From Podarcis bocagei (taxonomy: Eukaryota): DNA of 64,000 bases. Below, piece by piece: positions 50,011 through 61,257 of this stretch; position 1 is the stretch's first letter; every line of letters starts with the position of its first letter. The notes under the pieces are model-generated. The model was not told the origin of the DNA and did no database searches. It saw only the letters and a program-made list of their open reading frames with translations. The DNA lies in NCBI GenBank assembly GCA_964188305.1, contig OZ076892.1, one strand, 5' to 3'. A program made the translations under genes and the position numbers.

Positions 50011-52148
50011 GGACTTCCGGGTTAGCGCCTCCGGCAATGGCGGATTTCCTCTGATCGGGAGGAATCCGCTTCGTGGGAATTAGGGTCTGGACCGCCACGG
50101 CGAGGCGGAGACCCACCAAAAATCACAGGCGGGAGAAGCCTGTGGACATGGGATTCGGCTGGCACCTTTTGCGCCTCCCCTACTCGCGGGGAAACCCGGT
50201 TTCGGGGATCCGGAGCGACGTGGGGTGAACGGCGCAGTGCTTCGAATCGACTGCTCTTTTCACGGAGTGAAGCCGCATTGCTGTTGCCGGAGAGCGCTGA
50301 CTTTTTCCTGTGGACAATTGGAGTAGAATGGAAAATTGGACTATGAAACATCTTAATTTGGCACCGAAGCAGGAAGGTCTAAACAGGAAGTCCGCCTTCC
50401 GCTTTTGTAAATAGATTGAAGCAAAGACATTGCAAGCTAAAGTCTGGAAAGTCATTTGTAAAGGACTAAATTTCCATCAGCTAAAACTACCAAACCCCCC
50501 TTGGAAGCAGGAGAAGAGGGGGGAAATCTTAGACTGTTTAAACCTGCAGGAGAGAGAGTAAAGAAAGATAAATTTCCACCGTCTTGAACCTGGGAACGGG
50601 GTGTCAGAGACAGACGCTTTGGGGAAGTTCATTGACTGTGAATAAAATGTTTGGTTTTTTTGACAGATAGTTAAAAAAGAGAAACATATTGATTCCAATG
50701 TTTCCTTTTGCATTTAAAAGGAACAAAATATCTGAAAAACGAAAGGAATTTTGTTGCTGGATCTGCTTTTAAAAAGACGGATGCAAACAGAAATTGTTTC
50801 CTCTAGAGGGAGCTTGTGAAACTTGCTGGAGTCGATCTGGGGAATTCTACAGCTGTAGAGATTAAAGATCGTGAGAACCAGACATTGACCTTGAACAAGA
50901 ATGTGCCCAGAAGAAGCCTTAGTGCTTGATTTTTGCAAGACAAGCGCTTTACTGGAACAGCTACATGAGAAGATGGATTTGATGACTGTTGCAGTTAGCA
51001 ATTTTGGACAAACAGTGAATACCTATATAGAAACCACTCAGGAACCAACCCAGGAATTTGCTTTGACAGGGCAAGTTGTGCAGAAGACAAAGGAGGAGGT
51101 TGTTGCTGAACCTCAAGTAATAGAAATGGAGAGAGCCGCGGCCTTGCAGGAACATAAGTTGTTGTTTCTGACGACTGAACCTGGAGAAAGTCAGATTTGG
51201 AGAGATGGAGTACTGTTTGGTTTGGAGATGGGAAGTTGGATAGATCCCCCTATGCAGGGATGTTTTGACTTTTGGGATCTGGTTTTGGGCCAGGGGGAGT
51301 TTGAAGTTGTGGGGGCCCTTAACTTTGGAGGGACTTTGAAACATGCCTTCAAATATCTTTTGGATTTCAGTGCTGACTATGGAGAATGGGCTGACCTGTC
51401 GAGAAGGGATAAAGATATTGTCAAGTTGGAGTCTCCCCGAGATCTACCCCTCAGTGAGAAAGGAAGGAAATTAAGAATAAGATCAGCAGAAGACAAAGTA
51501 AAGTGCAGGTATAAACATGAAGAAGACCTGCAGAAGGGACATGGAAAAGACTTAAGAGCCTCGGACAGAAGGTCACCAGGTTGATGGACTAGATGGAAGG
51601 GCTAGAAAGGACTGACAAAACCCGAGACCAGGAAGAAGAGACGATGGATGAAGATTGGAAGAAAGTTTAAAAATTCATTTAGAGAATTATTGTAAAATTA
51701 ATGAGTGTTAGAAAAAATGTTGGAATGAAACTATTTGGCTTTAGTAGAAATGCTAAAAGGAATTATGTATAAATAAGTTTTAAGTTTTAAGCTTTAGGGC
51801 TTTTTATGGTAAGCTAAGGTTAAAATAAATTAAGGTAAATTAATGACAGAATATAGTGAAAGATGGAAAGGATTTGCTGAGATAATTAATAACTAGAATA
51901 CAAAAAAGGGAGGTGTGAGGAGGTAGATGAAACAAGTTAACGAAAGATAAAGATTTGGGAATATTGGATTTGTTTTAAAAAAAATTGTTTGCTTTTGTTT
52001 TTGGTTTTGATGTATTGTGTGTTTTGTTTTTTCTTTTTTCCCCTTTTATTGACTTGTATTGTTTAATTCCTTTTTTGTCTATCTTTTTTCCTTTTCGTTT
52101 TTTTCTCTGTAATTTTAAATTCTCAATAAATATCATTTAAAAAAAAAA
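50011..52148 (+). mobile_element. 2138-bp non-autonomous L1-derived retroposon (HAL1-like architecture)
   Basis: Perfect 13-bp TSD GGAATTGTCTGCA (49998-50010 / 52149-52161); CpG-rich 5' end GGACTTCCGG..AATGGCGG; one 227-aa ORF; ORF2 C-terminal relic; AATAAA (52125-52130) and A10 tail. Confidence 0.85.
50901..51584 (+). CDS. Retroposon-borne 227-aa ORF, function unknown (possibly ORF1p-derived coiled-coil N-terminus)
   Basis: ATG-initiated intact ORF in a non-GC-rich context, with heptad-like LLEQLHEKMDLMTVAVSNFGQTVNTYI. No endonuclease or RT motifs visible. Confidence 0.45.
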   Translation: MCPEEALVLDFCKTSALLEQLHEKMDLMTVAVSNFGQTVNTYIETTQEPTQEFALTGQVVQKTKEEVVAEPQVIEMERAAALQEHKLLFLTTEPGESQIWRDGVLFGLEMGSWIDPPMQGCFDFWDLVLGQGEFEVVGALNFGGTLKHAFKYLLDFSADYGEWADLSRRDKDIVKLESPRDLPLSEKGRKLRIRSAEDKVKCRYKHEEDLQKGHGKDLRASDRRSPG

Positions 52149-52487
52149 GGAATTGTCTGCATTTGGGCCTTCAATATTTCACCTTTAAGAAACTCCCATC
52201 CATGTTGGACTCCCTTCTATTTGAATATTGCTGACCATGGAATCTCACCCAGGAGCTCCTTACGCTTCTTGAAATTGGCCGGAGTGCAATTGCCTTGCCT
52301 GTGTATAATGAAACCCAACAGGGCACGATCACTTCCTCCCAGGTTTCTGAGTAGTTCCACTTCATCCATCAGTTCCTGTCGGTGAGGACCAGGACGAAGA
52401 GATATGACCCACTTGTTGCTTCTTCCACCTTCTGGGAAATGAAATTGCCAGTGAGGCAGTTGCGGGATTTATTGGACCTTACATTCT

Positions 52488-52560
52488 TAGAATCATAGAA
52501 TTATAGATTTGGAAGGGACCATGAGGGTCATCTAGTTCAATCCCCTGCAGTGCAGGAATC
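52488..52560 (-). mobile_element. CR1/CR1-SINE 3' tail
   Basis: TAGAATCATAGAATTATAGATTTGGAAGGGACC..CCCCTGCAGTGCAGGAATC. Confidence 0.75.
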
Positions 52561-53606
52561 TCCTAACAGATATCTCTGTGCAATATTCACTACTTGCTCC
52601 ATTGACTTGATCATTTTGTGACTCCATCAGTTCTACCAGATGGTTAGCAATGGCTGAGAATAAAAGGTTGTCCAGTTTAAGCTGGTCTTGACTGCTTTGT
52701 TGTCCTCCTTCTTTTAGCTGTTACCTTTCTGCTGAAAGCTCCAATTAAGATGGCAAGGAGGATATTGAAGAATCATAAACATGCATGTATGATTTGAAGA
52801 CTGTTGACTATCAATATTTGCAAAGGAAAATCAGTCTGGACGGGTGGAAGTGAAAGCACCTTCATGTCCCTGGACTGAGTGTCCAACCCTGCAGGGAACT
52901 TTTCTGGGTGTGAAGCAGGAGGGAGTGTGGAGGTTTTGTCCTAAGTATGAACTGGGGTATGAGTCATGTCCAACTTTTGTGTTGTAGGTTTCTTCTTTGT
53001 GACTTCTCCCCCAGACACAGTCCTCTGCTATGCGTGTCCTTGGTCTTTGAGGTGGTCAGGGATGTCTGTGTCTGGGGCAGGGACAGGAGTGGGACTGCCA
53101 TCTCTGGGGTGGTAGATAGGGGAAGCTATAGAGGTGGCCAAAGGTATACAGGGGTGAGGAGAAGGGCTAGTTACATCAAAGCCCTTGCCCACTCTGCTGT
53201 GCCCACCGTGCTTCAGAAGCTGGAGACTCAATATTAACAATCCTGTCTAAGTTTGTCCTGGCCTACAGGTCAGGAAGAGACCTGAGTATCACTCTCTCCC
53301 AGTGAGTAGAGGACCTACTACTTGCTTGTTTTTCCTCTTGCTTTGAACATAGCTGAATAAACCTGTCCTGGGAGATGCAGCCTGGGAGCAATCTGAAAAC
53401 TTGCCAGGCCTTGCATCACAGCAAGGTCTCCTGAGCTGGCCTTAGAAGGAACATTCCACACAGGCTACCCAAATGTTCTGCCTTGCAGGTCCTTAGGGCC
53501 ATCACTCTACTGGTACCCAGGATGTGGTGCTCCCTCCCAACCTGAAAGATGGTTAGTTGGCCCCCTCGCTCCTAAATAAGCAGGACTTGTAATATCAGGG
53601 TATGAG

Positions 53607-53768
53607 GCTGCAGACACGTCATACATTTAAATCATACAACTCCCCCCCCCCCAAGAAACCTGGGACCTGTCACTTGTCAAAGGTACTGGGAACCCTGTGA
53701 GGGGTAAACTACAGTTCCCATGATTCTTTGGAGGAAACCATGTGCTTTAAACGTACAGTGTGTGCACC
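53607..53768. mobile_element. Imperfect palindromic MITE
   Basis: GCAGACACGTCATACATTTAAA.CA..CC.CAAGAA.CCTGGGA versus TCCCATGATTCTTTGG..TGCTTTAAACGTACAGTGTGTGC inverted arms. Confidence 0.55.
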
Positions 53769-54159
53769 ACCTGAGATGGCCAAACAACATTCTTTGGAAG
53801 AAGAATGTCACATTTCAGGACAGTTTTGCCTGTTTGCCTAGAAGCAGACTGCAAAAGGACTTGCCCGTCCTTCTAAGGCTTTCTGATCCAAGCAAGGAAG
53901 GTTGTGCCACGCATTTGGGAAACTGAGCAGATTGTAAAACTTTGGAGTCATGGGCCATCTTTGGGCAAGGACCTCTGCAGCATCCCAGGGAGTCTGTCCC
54001 CTGTGCTGCTAGAATGGCCACCTAGCTAGACAGAGCAATGACCTCTGGTAAACACATCCCATGACAATGGGGTCATTTTAATACCCCTGCCTGACGACCT
54101 CCAGTGGTTCAGATCAAGGGTATTGTCTGTAGCCTGATGCATGCACCAGAAACCTCAAG

Positions 54160-54360
54160 ACTCAGTTATTACAATGTGCTCTATCTGGGGCTGCCCTCAG
54201 GCCTGGTCTGAAGGCTCCATCTGGTTCAAAACACTGCAGCTAGAATGTTGATATGGCCAGCACAGAACTTTCTCCAAAACTTGCACCGGCTGCCCAGAAG
54301 CTACTTGGCCAAACTCAAGGTTCTTGCCTTAATTTACAAGGCCCTTTAACCATTTGGGCC
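54160..54360 (+). mobile_element. L2 LINE ORF2 3' fragment
   Basis: SYYNVLYLGLP..RLHLVQNTAARML, similar to the L2 motif LDYCNALY.GLP..KLQLVQN.AAR; followed by decayed LH.LP and YKAL. Confidence 0.7.
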
Positions 54361-54699
54361 CAAGAGACCCAAAAGAAAAATCTTAAACGAGGAGCTTATA
54401 GGCACCCTGTGCAGCTCCCTTGGTGTCAAGCGACTGTCCGCAATCCCAGTTCCCATGGACTGCTCTGGCCTATCCCTGCACTGAAGAGGGGCCCTCATTT
54501 CTCTGACATCCCAGGTCTCCAGCTTGAACAGGTTGTTCCACTCACTCTGCACTGCAGGGCTGGGAGACCAGTGGGGACCCCCTTTAAAAGCCAGCAACCC
54601 CGCCCCCAGCCACCTCCTGCCTCATTAAACCCTGGCTCCATAGTTCCCATTGGATTCAGGTAGGAATGTCCTTTGATAACCTTTCTGCCAGCCTAAAAG

Positions 54700-55990
54700 A
54701 CGAGACTTGAACTCGCAGCCACCTGCTGTGTTGAGGACTCCCCGCAGGCAGCAGCAGCCTCCGGGGGAAGTGCGGCTTCGGGCTTGACGAGGGGAAGGCT
54801 GCGCGACCTGGTGGCCGTTCCGGGAACAGCGCCTGGAAAGCTCCCTCCCGCTCCTGCCACCTGCTCGCCAGGAGGAAGCCCCGGAGGCGGCGAAGGCGAA
54901 GTTATTTCCAAGGGCGAGCCCCCTCCCTCCTTACCTCCCTGTTGCCCCAGTGATGCCCTGTAAGGGGAAGAGGACGAGGGGGCTCTGGGGTCCTCTTGAA
55001 GGTCTCAGGGAAAGGCCCAGGAGCACCTGTGGCTGAGGAGCCCAGGCTGTTCGGCAGGCCCCAGCAGGGACGCTTGGCTGGACGGGCTCCTCTGCCGGAG
55101 TCCCAGCGGGCGAGGTGGAGGCTCTTGTGTCCCGCGGCCTCCTTGCCAGAGCGGCGGGCGGACGGGCTGCCCACAAGGGAGGCAAGAAGCCAAGCCCCTG
55201 GCAGGCGGGCTTGGGACCTTCCTGGCGAGGCAGAGCGAAGGACTTTGCCGCTGGACTTTGCATTTGCAAGTTGCTGGGTATTTTTTGCTTGTTTGAACAC
55301 TGGCTGGTAAGAATCCAAATATGTGTAGGCGGAGGGGGAGGAGCCCCTCCTGGCTTGCTGGAGGGCAGCACCAGCTGCTTGTGGGGCCCTGCTCCTGCCC
55401 AGCACCCCTTGTTAGGGGACAAGCCCACCGACGCCCAGCTGGCTGGCTCCCTCTCTCTCTGTCTCCTTCGGCGGAAAGGCCAGGGCGCCTCGCTCTCCGG
55501 AGGGGCCTCCCTGCAGCTCTCCAGCCCTGACAGGCCAGCCTCCTCAGGCAAGGCCGTGGCTGCTGCCCCACGGGGGCAAAAAGGCTCCAGCTGGAGAGAG
55601 GGAGGGGGTGGGAAGGATGGTAGGCAGGAGCCAGGCGGGGGAGGAGGGAGGTACCGGCCGGCTCCCGGCCCCCTTGCTTCTATCCTGGGGCCACCATGTG
55701 CGCCTCTGCCTGCTTGCGAGGGAGAGGGAGAAAGAGGGCGAGAGAGAGGGGAGCCTGCAACTTCTCCCATTGGCAGGGCCCGGGCAGCTCCTCCCCTTTC
55801 CCTTGCCTGCTGCTCTTTTATAAACCTGGTGCCGCTTTCGATCTCCCAGTCCTGCAGATGCACCCCGTGGGCCCTCCTGCACAGAGGCCTCCCCCGGCTG
55901 TCCCTCTGCCTTGCAAGCCCGGGGTTCCCCCTGCTTCCGCCCCTCGCGCAAGCTCCAGGCTCTCCTCCCGCCCGCCCGCCCTCCTAGGCT
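54700..55990. promoter_or_regulatory. CpG island and core promoter of HSD11B2
   Basis: GC/CpG-rich; inverted CCAAT (ATTGG 55769-55773); TATAAA at 55819-55824, ~170 nt before the ATG. Confidence 0.8.
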
Positions 55991-56255
55991 ATGGAGCTGG
56001 GCTGGGCGTGCAGCTCCCTGCTGTGGCTGCTTTTCCTCTCCAGCCTGGCCGTCAAACTCCTGCGCGCTGACCTGTTGCTGACCCCCGGCCTGCTGCTCCA
56101 GGTGGGGCTCCTGGTCCTGCTGCAGAGCGTCAGCCGAGCCTTCCTGCCCCTGCCCCTGGGCACAGCTCTCACGGGCACCGCCTGCTGGCTTGTCTTGGCA
56201 GGGGCCACACAGAGGAAGAGGATCCCTGCGGTGGGGAGAGCCGTTCTCATCACAG
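55991..56255 (+). CDS. HSD11B2: 11-beta-hydroxysteroid dehydrogenase type 2, exon 1 (265 nt coding); remaining exons lie beyond the window
   Basis: Kozak GCTATGG; hydrophobic membrane-anchor N-terminus with KLLRADLLL, ending IPAVGRAVLITG (start of the SDR TGxxxGxG motif) at a phase-1 donor GTGAGC. This matches the HSD11B2 exon 1 layout, and HSD11B2 is linked to FHOD1 in mammals. Confidence 0.88.
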
Positions 56256-59200
56256 GTGAGCCCAGTCAGCATCTCCGCAGGCTCTTGGCCACCCCGACAC
56301 ATGCTGGCTTCCCAGAATCGAGGGAATGGGAGGGAAGGAGGAACGTGCCATGCCCCTGGCCTGGCAGAACCTCTCCTGCTTTGGCTGATCCACAGAGCAG
56401 GAGGGGGACCTCCCTTGGACAGAGGCCTGTGGCATGGGGAGGCTTGTTCAGCATCTGGACCACAGGGCTGAGTCAAGGTGGCGAGAGTTCCAAAGTGAAG
56501 GGGCTGGTCTTCCTGTGCGGCTTCGCTTTCTTGCACAAGCCATTTCAGCGCCCTGCTTGCTGTGCAGGACGCCTTCCTGCAAATCACCTGCTCTCCGCCT
56601 TAGGCTTCCACAGGTGGATCTGTGGCTGGAGCTGGGCTTTGCTGTCCCTTCTTCAGGGGCCTGCTAGGTAGGGAAGACTCCTGGGCCAGGCAAAGCAGCC
56701 CAAGGACAGTGAGCATGCCACAATTGACTACCATGCAACTTAACATTTGCACTGTGTTCTATTTGTAAGGGAAATACAGAGAGTCGTTTCTGGGTCTTGT
56801 GTGTCAGGACTCAGCTTGAGAGGTTGTGCCTCATCACCAGGGAGCTCTGAGAAGTCAGTGATGCCAGTTTCCAGGAGCACTTTGTGAGGGATGGCTCTTT
56901 GTGTGGCAAAAGATGCTTCCAGCCCCTAGGGTACCCCCTGGAAGACCAGATGTCCTGCAGGAGCAGAGGACGGGGGTATCCCTGCTCTCTGAAAGGGGAT
57001 GGAGTGGTGAACTGCCCCCCCCCCTCATCCCAGGTGTTGGAGAGGCCAAGGTCAATTTTATTCTTGAAGTAGTGATGAGGAGCCACTGGAGTCCCGTCCC
57101 ATCCTGGGAAACCTCTTGCCTCCAGCAGACCTTGAGGGCATGGCAAGCATCTCTCTACCCCTACTTTCCTCCCTGTTCCAAGTTTTGGGGAATAGTTTAG
57201 AAGCCAGCCTGGCAGGTGTGAAGCATGTTGTTGTTCCCAAACCTTCCTGCCAGAAAGGCTAGTGAACTGAGGGTGGGCAGAGATCCACACCCCCCCTCCT
57301 GCCCCGCATTTGATTGAAGCAGCAATCTGAAACTTTTGCAGGTGAATGGCATCACAGTCCCTCTAGCTGAAATAGATGGAAGTCCCCAGCTGGTGCTCAA
57401 TGGGAATTCCTCCCAAGGAAACCTGCAAAGGTTGGGCTTTGAATCAGCAGCAGAAGCGAAGGGTCTTTCCCCTTCTTGAGATTCTGGATCGGCCAGAAGA
57501 GGAGGGTGAAGAGAAGCCCTAGGGTGTCGGGAAGAACCAAGGCAGGGTTAGGTCAAGAAGATGGGCAGTGGGGCTGAGGCTAGCTCTGGGGGACATGCTG
57601 GTCAGCTGCACCATCTGCCTGCTAGAGCAATGCAAGGGCTCTTTGCAAAAGGGGTGGGGTGGGGAGGAAATTGGCCAGTCCTGCTGTGGAAATAGGGACA
57701 ATTGGGATGAGGGCTCTTTGGGGTTTAGTGTCAAGTCTGTGATGGAGGAGAGGGGGCTGAGCAATATCTTGTGCCTAGTAGGGCAGGCAGTTTATAAAAA
57801 GAAAGGGATGTAGATGAGCCCCAAGTAGAGAACCCGCCTTGCAGGGACAGTGTTCCTGTCTGAATCCCGGATGGCAGATAGGGCTGAGAAGCACCCATCT
57901 CTGACTAAAACTGAGGAGCTGCTGCTGCTGCTGCTGGCAGTCAGTGTAGGCAAGACTGGCTTAATGGACTTGCCTAACTTGGAATTTGCAGTCCCTAACT
58001 GTGAAAAATGGGACCGTCTGCTTACATATCACATATGCTGGTGCCAGCCCCTGACAGTGTTGGCAGTGGGGATAAAAAGAAATCAACTAGTAGTCAAGTT
58101 GCTCATGGTGGGGGTGGGGACACAAGCTGCAGAGACAGTGCACCTCTGAGTACCAGGTATGTGGGAGCTACAGATACAAGGCGGTGAGCATCACCTTGAT
58201 GCATTTTCTGCTTTGGAGCTTCTCTGAGGCACACAAGCAGCAATGCCGCTTATCTGCCCAGTAGCACCCCCCCCCCTTGGGGAAAGTGCTCTTTGTGGCA
58301 CCTGAAAGACAAACACATTTGTCACGGCAGAAGCTTTTGGGAGCTAGAGATGCTTGAAGTGGTGTCCTGAGTGGTGCATGTCTGCATGTTTGAGTATACG
58401 CATGGTTGGTGGGGATTGTTAACAGTGAGGTCAGAAAGAAATGAAACGCAGAAAGTACAGATAGTGGTAATTACTGTATGAACAGGGTTCATTCACAGAA
58501 GTCTGCTGCATTGAAAACACTGACGTCCTGGCACTGGTGAGCCAATTAACGTACGTTGTGTGATAAGATTCCATAGTGCTGATACTGTCCACCAGTGATA
58601 ACTTCTTGAAGAATTGTAATTCAGCGGTTTCACGTTGCAGAGTCGCCCTTTGAAGTCCATCACTGGCTTTTGAATATTGCCATTCCTGGTGTTAGATTTG
58701 CATGCTGATTTGTTTGTTCTGCGTAGAATGTGGAAGAGCATTGCCTCCCAAGACCTGTCGGGGGGGGGGGGGGCGTCATTGCCCAGCATGGGCTGTGGTT
58801 TCAGTTGGGAACTGTTTTTTTTCTTTTAGGTCTGCCTTGTAGTAGAAGATTCGTAGGTTACCAGGAGCCTTCACCACCTCCTCTCTTTTTTCACTCGGCT
58901 GAAACTGTGATGTTTAAGTGATTTGAAACAACACCTAAACAAACAGAGTCACTTTCCTGGTGGGCAGTGATGACCTCTGGACCTGCCCCAGGGGCTGATC
59001 TTGTCTGGCCCTTTGTGCCCATCTCTCAGTCTGTAATGTTTTGTTGTTGTGTGCTTGGGTACATTGATGATGAACGGACATGGTTATACCTTTGGGCTAA
59101 GCTCCCATTGTCTGCAGGGTATTGTTCCACCCAGAGCACACCACGATATCTGTTGTCACCAGTCAAGCCCTGCAATACATCTGTGTCTGTTTGGATTCTC

Positions 59201-61220
59201 TGGACACAGACTCGCACCAGGTGTTGTGTTCTCCGATGCTGGAGCACAGGGGCGGGGCGGACAAGCAAGACTGGAAGCTGGTCAAAGTTTGCTGGACCAG
59301 TTTGTAAAAAAAAAAAAATAAAAAAAAAAATCAGGCAGGCAGGATATAAATTTTATAAAATGAATAAATGTATAAGCTCCAGAGCCTGGAAGGGCCAACC
59401 CTGGGGCTGAAGACAGGCCCTCCTTCCTTTGTTCCATAGCTTTCTTCCCGGCACTTCCCGAGTGGTGATGTGGGTGGGAGACACCTGGTTCTTCCAGCTC
59501 ATAGGAAGATGTCTTTGAGGGTCCAGGATCTAGCCCTATAGTCCCGGGGCTTCTGGAAGGTTTCTCTTGAGAGTTCTTGGCATTCCCTGGGGACAGGGAG
59601 GAAAGTGTTAGAAAGCTAACAGGAGAGCCTGTGATAGAGATAGGATTGACGATAACCAGGAATGAGCTTTCAAGATACATTTTTATTTTTCCACCAATGT
59701 CACTTGCTTCTGTTCTTCTCCTTTCCATGCTGACCTGTCACAGGCTTTAGATCCTCTCTGATCCTGTAGCAGCCTCTGCCCTTTTATGAAAAAGTTGGCA
59801 GTGGGGGGTACAGTTATAACCCAGTTCCACACACCAGGGAGGCCTCCTGTATCCAGGCTGGATGCTGGGCCCTTGTGCCCGGGTGAGCTCTCACAAGGAG
59901 AAGGAATTCCTACTGGCACTTGCTTCAGCAAGGTCCATGGGGTGGTGAGTGGGGGGTGGTTGGACGCAGCTGTTCAAGCCCTTCCGCTTGAGCCTCCCTG
60001 ATGCAGAGTTCCTCGCTGGAGAGGGATTCCATACTCTGCTTGTTGCAAGTACTTTGCCTGCTGCCAGATTAGGGGTGGTCCCTTGGTCTTCCCTTGCTTT
60101 TTCATACCCCTCCTCAACCATCTTGCCAAAAATCTTGCATGTCAAAATCTGGGAGTTGCTTCTAGGTCACCTCTTTTTTCTTCCAACTCTTGCATCCTAG
60201 TTAGTCTTCCGTGCATCACTTGAGGAAACCCCCAGAGATCATTCTGTTTCCACATGCTTCCAAACATTTATTTGACCTGTTGCTGCCTTTGGTCCAACAG
60301 GTCTGGCAGGTTTTTGAAACCATCAAAGAATCTGTGCAACCTGTTTGACCAGAGGCAAAAGTAGGGTGGGCACGCAGACCACATGCAGTGATGCCTCTTT
60401 CAACCAGCCTTTCGCTTTTTGAAAAAACAACCCTCTGCCTGGGCTTCAGGTGGCCCCCTCACTTGCCAGGGGACTTCATCCAGTTCACTTGGGGTTGACT
60501 CAGTGAGCACAGCAGGAGTTACCCTGTCCTTCCCATGGCTTCCTCTTGCCTCAGAGCCTTCTCTACCCTCTGTGGTGGGGATGGAGAACTCAGGCTCCGA
60601 ATGCCAAAGGGTGTCCAAATGTGAAAATAAACACTGTTCCTGCTGATGCATCAAATAACATTTCATGGGACACTTAAGATTGCTATGGGCCATGAAGGGA
60701 CACGCAAATATTTGCTATATCTGAAGACCAAGAAGAAAAGAATGAGGGTACGCCGGGGTGTCTGGGTGTGGGTGCTGTTCTCAAATCCCAATTAAGTTTC
60801 CAGGGCTGTGTAAGCTGGCGTCATTTTTGTAAGCTGCTTTGGGTCCAATATTGATGGAGATAAGTAGGATATAAGTTGCTAAAATTTAAAATAAAATCAG
60901 AAACTAATGTTCGAAGCAGATCTTGTTTCACAGAAACAAAGTATGAACTCATGGCTAGCAACTAGCTCAGGTTCCAGAGCTTCCCTTTGTGAAAAGATTA
61001 GGATTTTGTAACATTCTTGGGTACAACAACACCCCACTTTTAGGGAGCCTCCTGGAGCCATGAAGAAGCAGTGGTGAGATAGCCTGATTCAGTCAGTCCC
61101 AGGTAGATGGAGGTCCCACAATCTCTCCTGTTTCCCCTTGAGCAGTGCAAGCTCTCCTTGCAGCTACCGCTGCGCTGGTGCTGCAAACAACTGAACAGGC
61201 CAGAGCCCTGGCTTGGCCTC

Positions 61221-61222
<2 letters not shown>

Positions 61223-61256
<34 letters not shown>
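61223..61256. repeat. (TG)n microsatellite
   Basis: Direct observation. Confidence 0.95.

Positions 61257-61257
<1 letters not shown>

Larger units (their letters stand above)
48711..52487 (-). mobile_element. Fragmented CR1 LINE (ORF2 endonuclease to RT, plus 3' tail), host of two younger insertions
   Basis: Minus-strand peptides: EYLEKDPVITKTQHGFLKNKSCQTNLISF, KSPGPDELHPKVLKELADVISEPL..DWK, DKEKAELLNTYF, and the endonuclease end ISQKVEEATSG..LGGSD. A CR1 tail lies at 48711-48786. Confidence 0.9.

Noticed and set aside
53305-53366. ~60-bp near-copy of 49731-49790
   Set aside because: Both are CR1 ORF2 sequence; a dispersed repeat fragment, not a functional duplication.
54902-56671. Long ORFs (290, 310, 347 aa) and the 226-aa read-through of HSD11B2 exon 1
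   Set aside because: GC-rich artefacts. The real frame ends at the GTGAGC donor after 56255 and the rest is intron.
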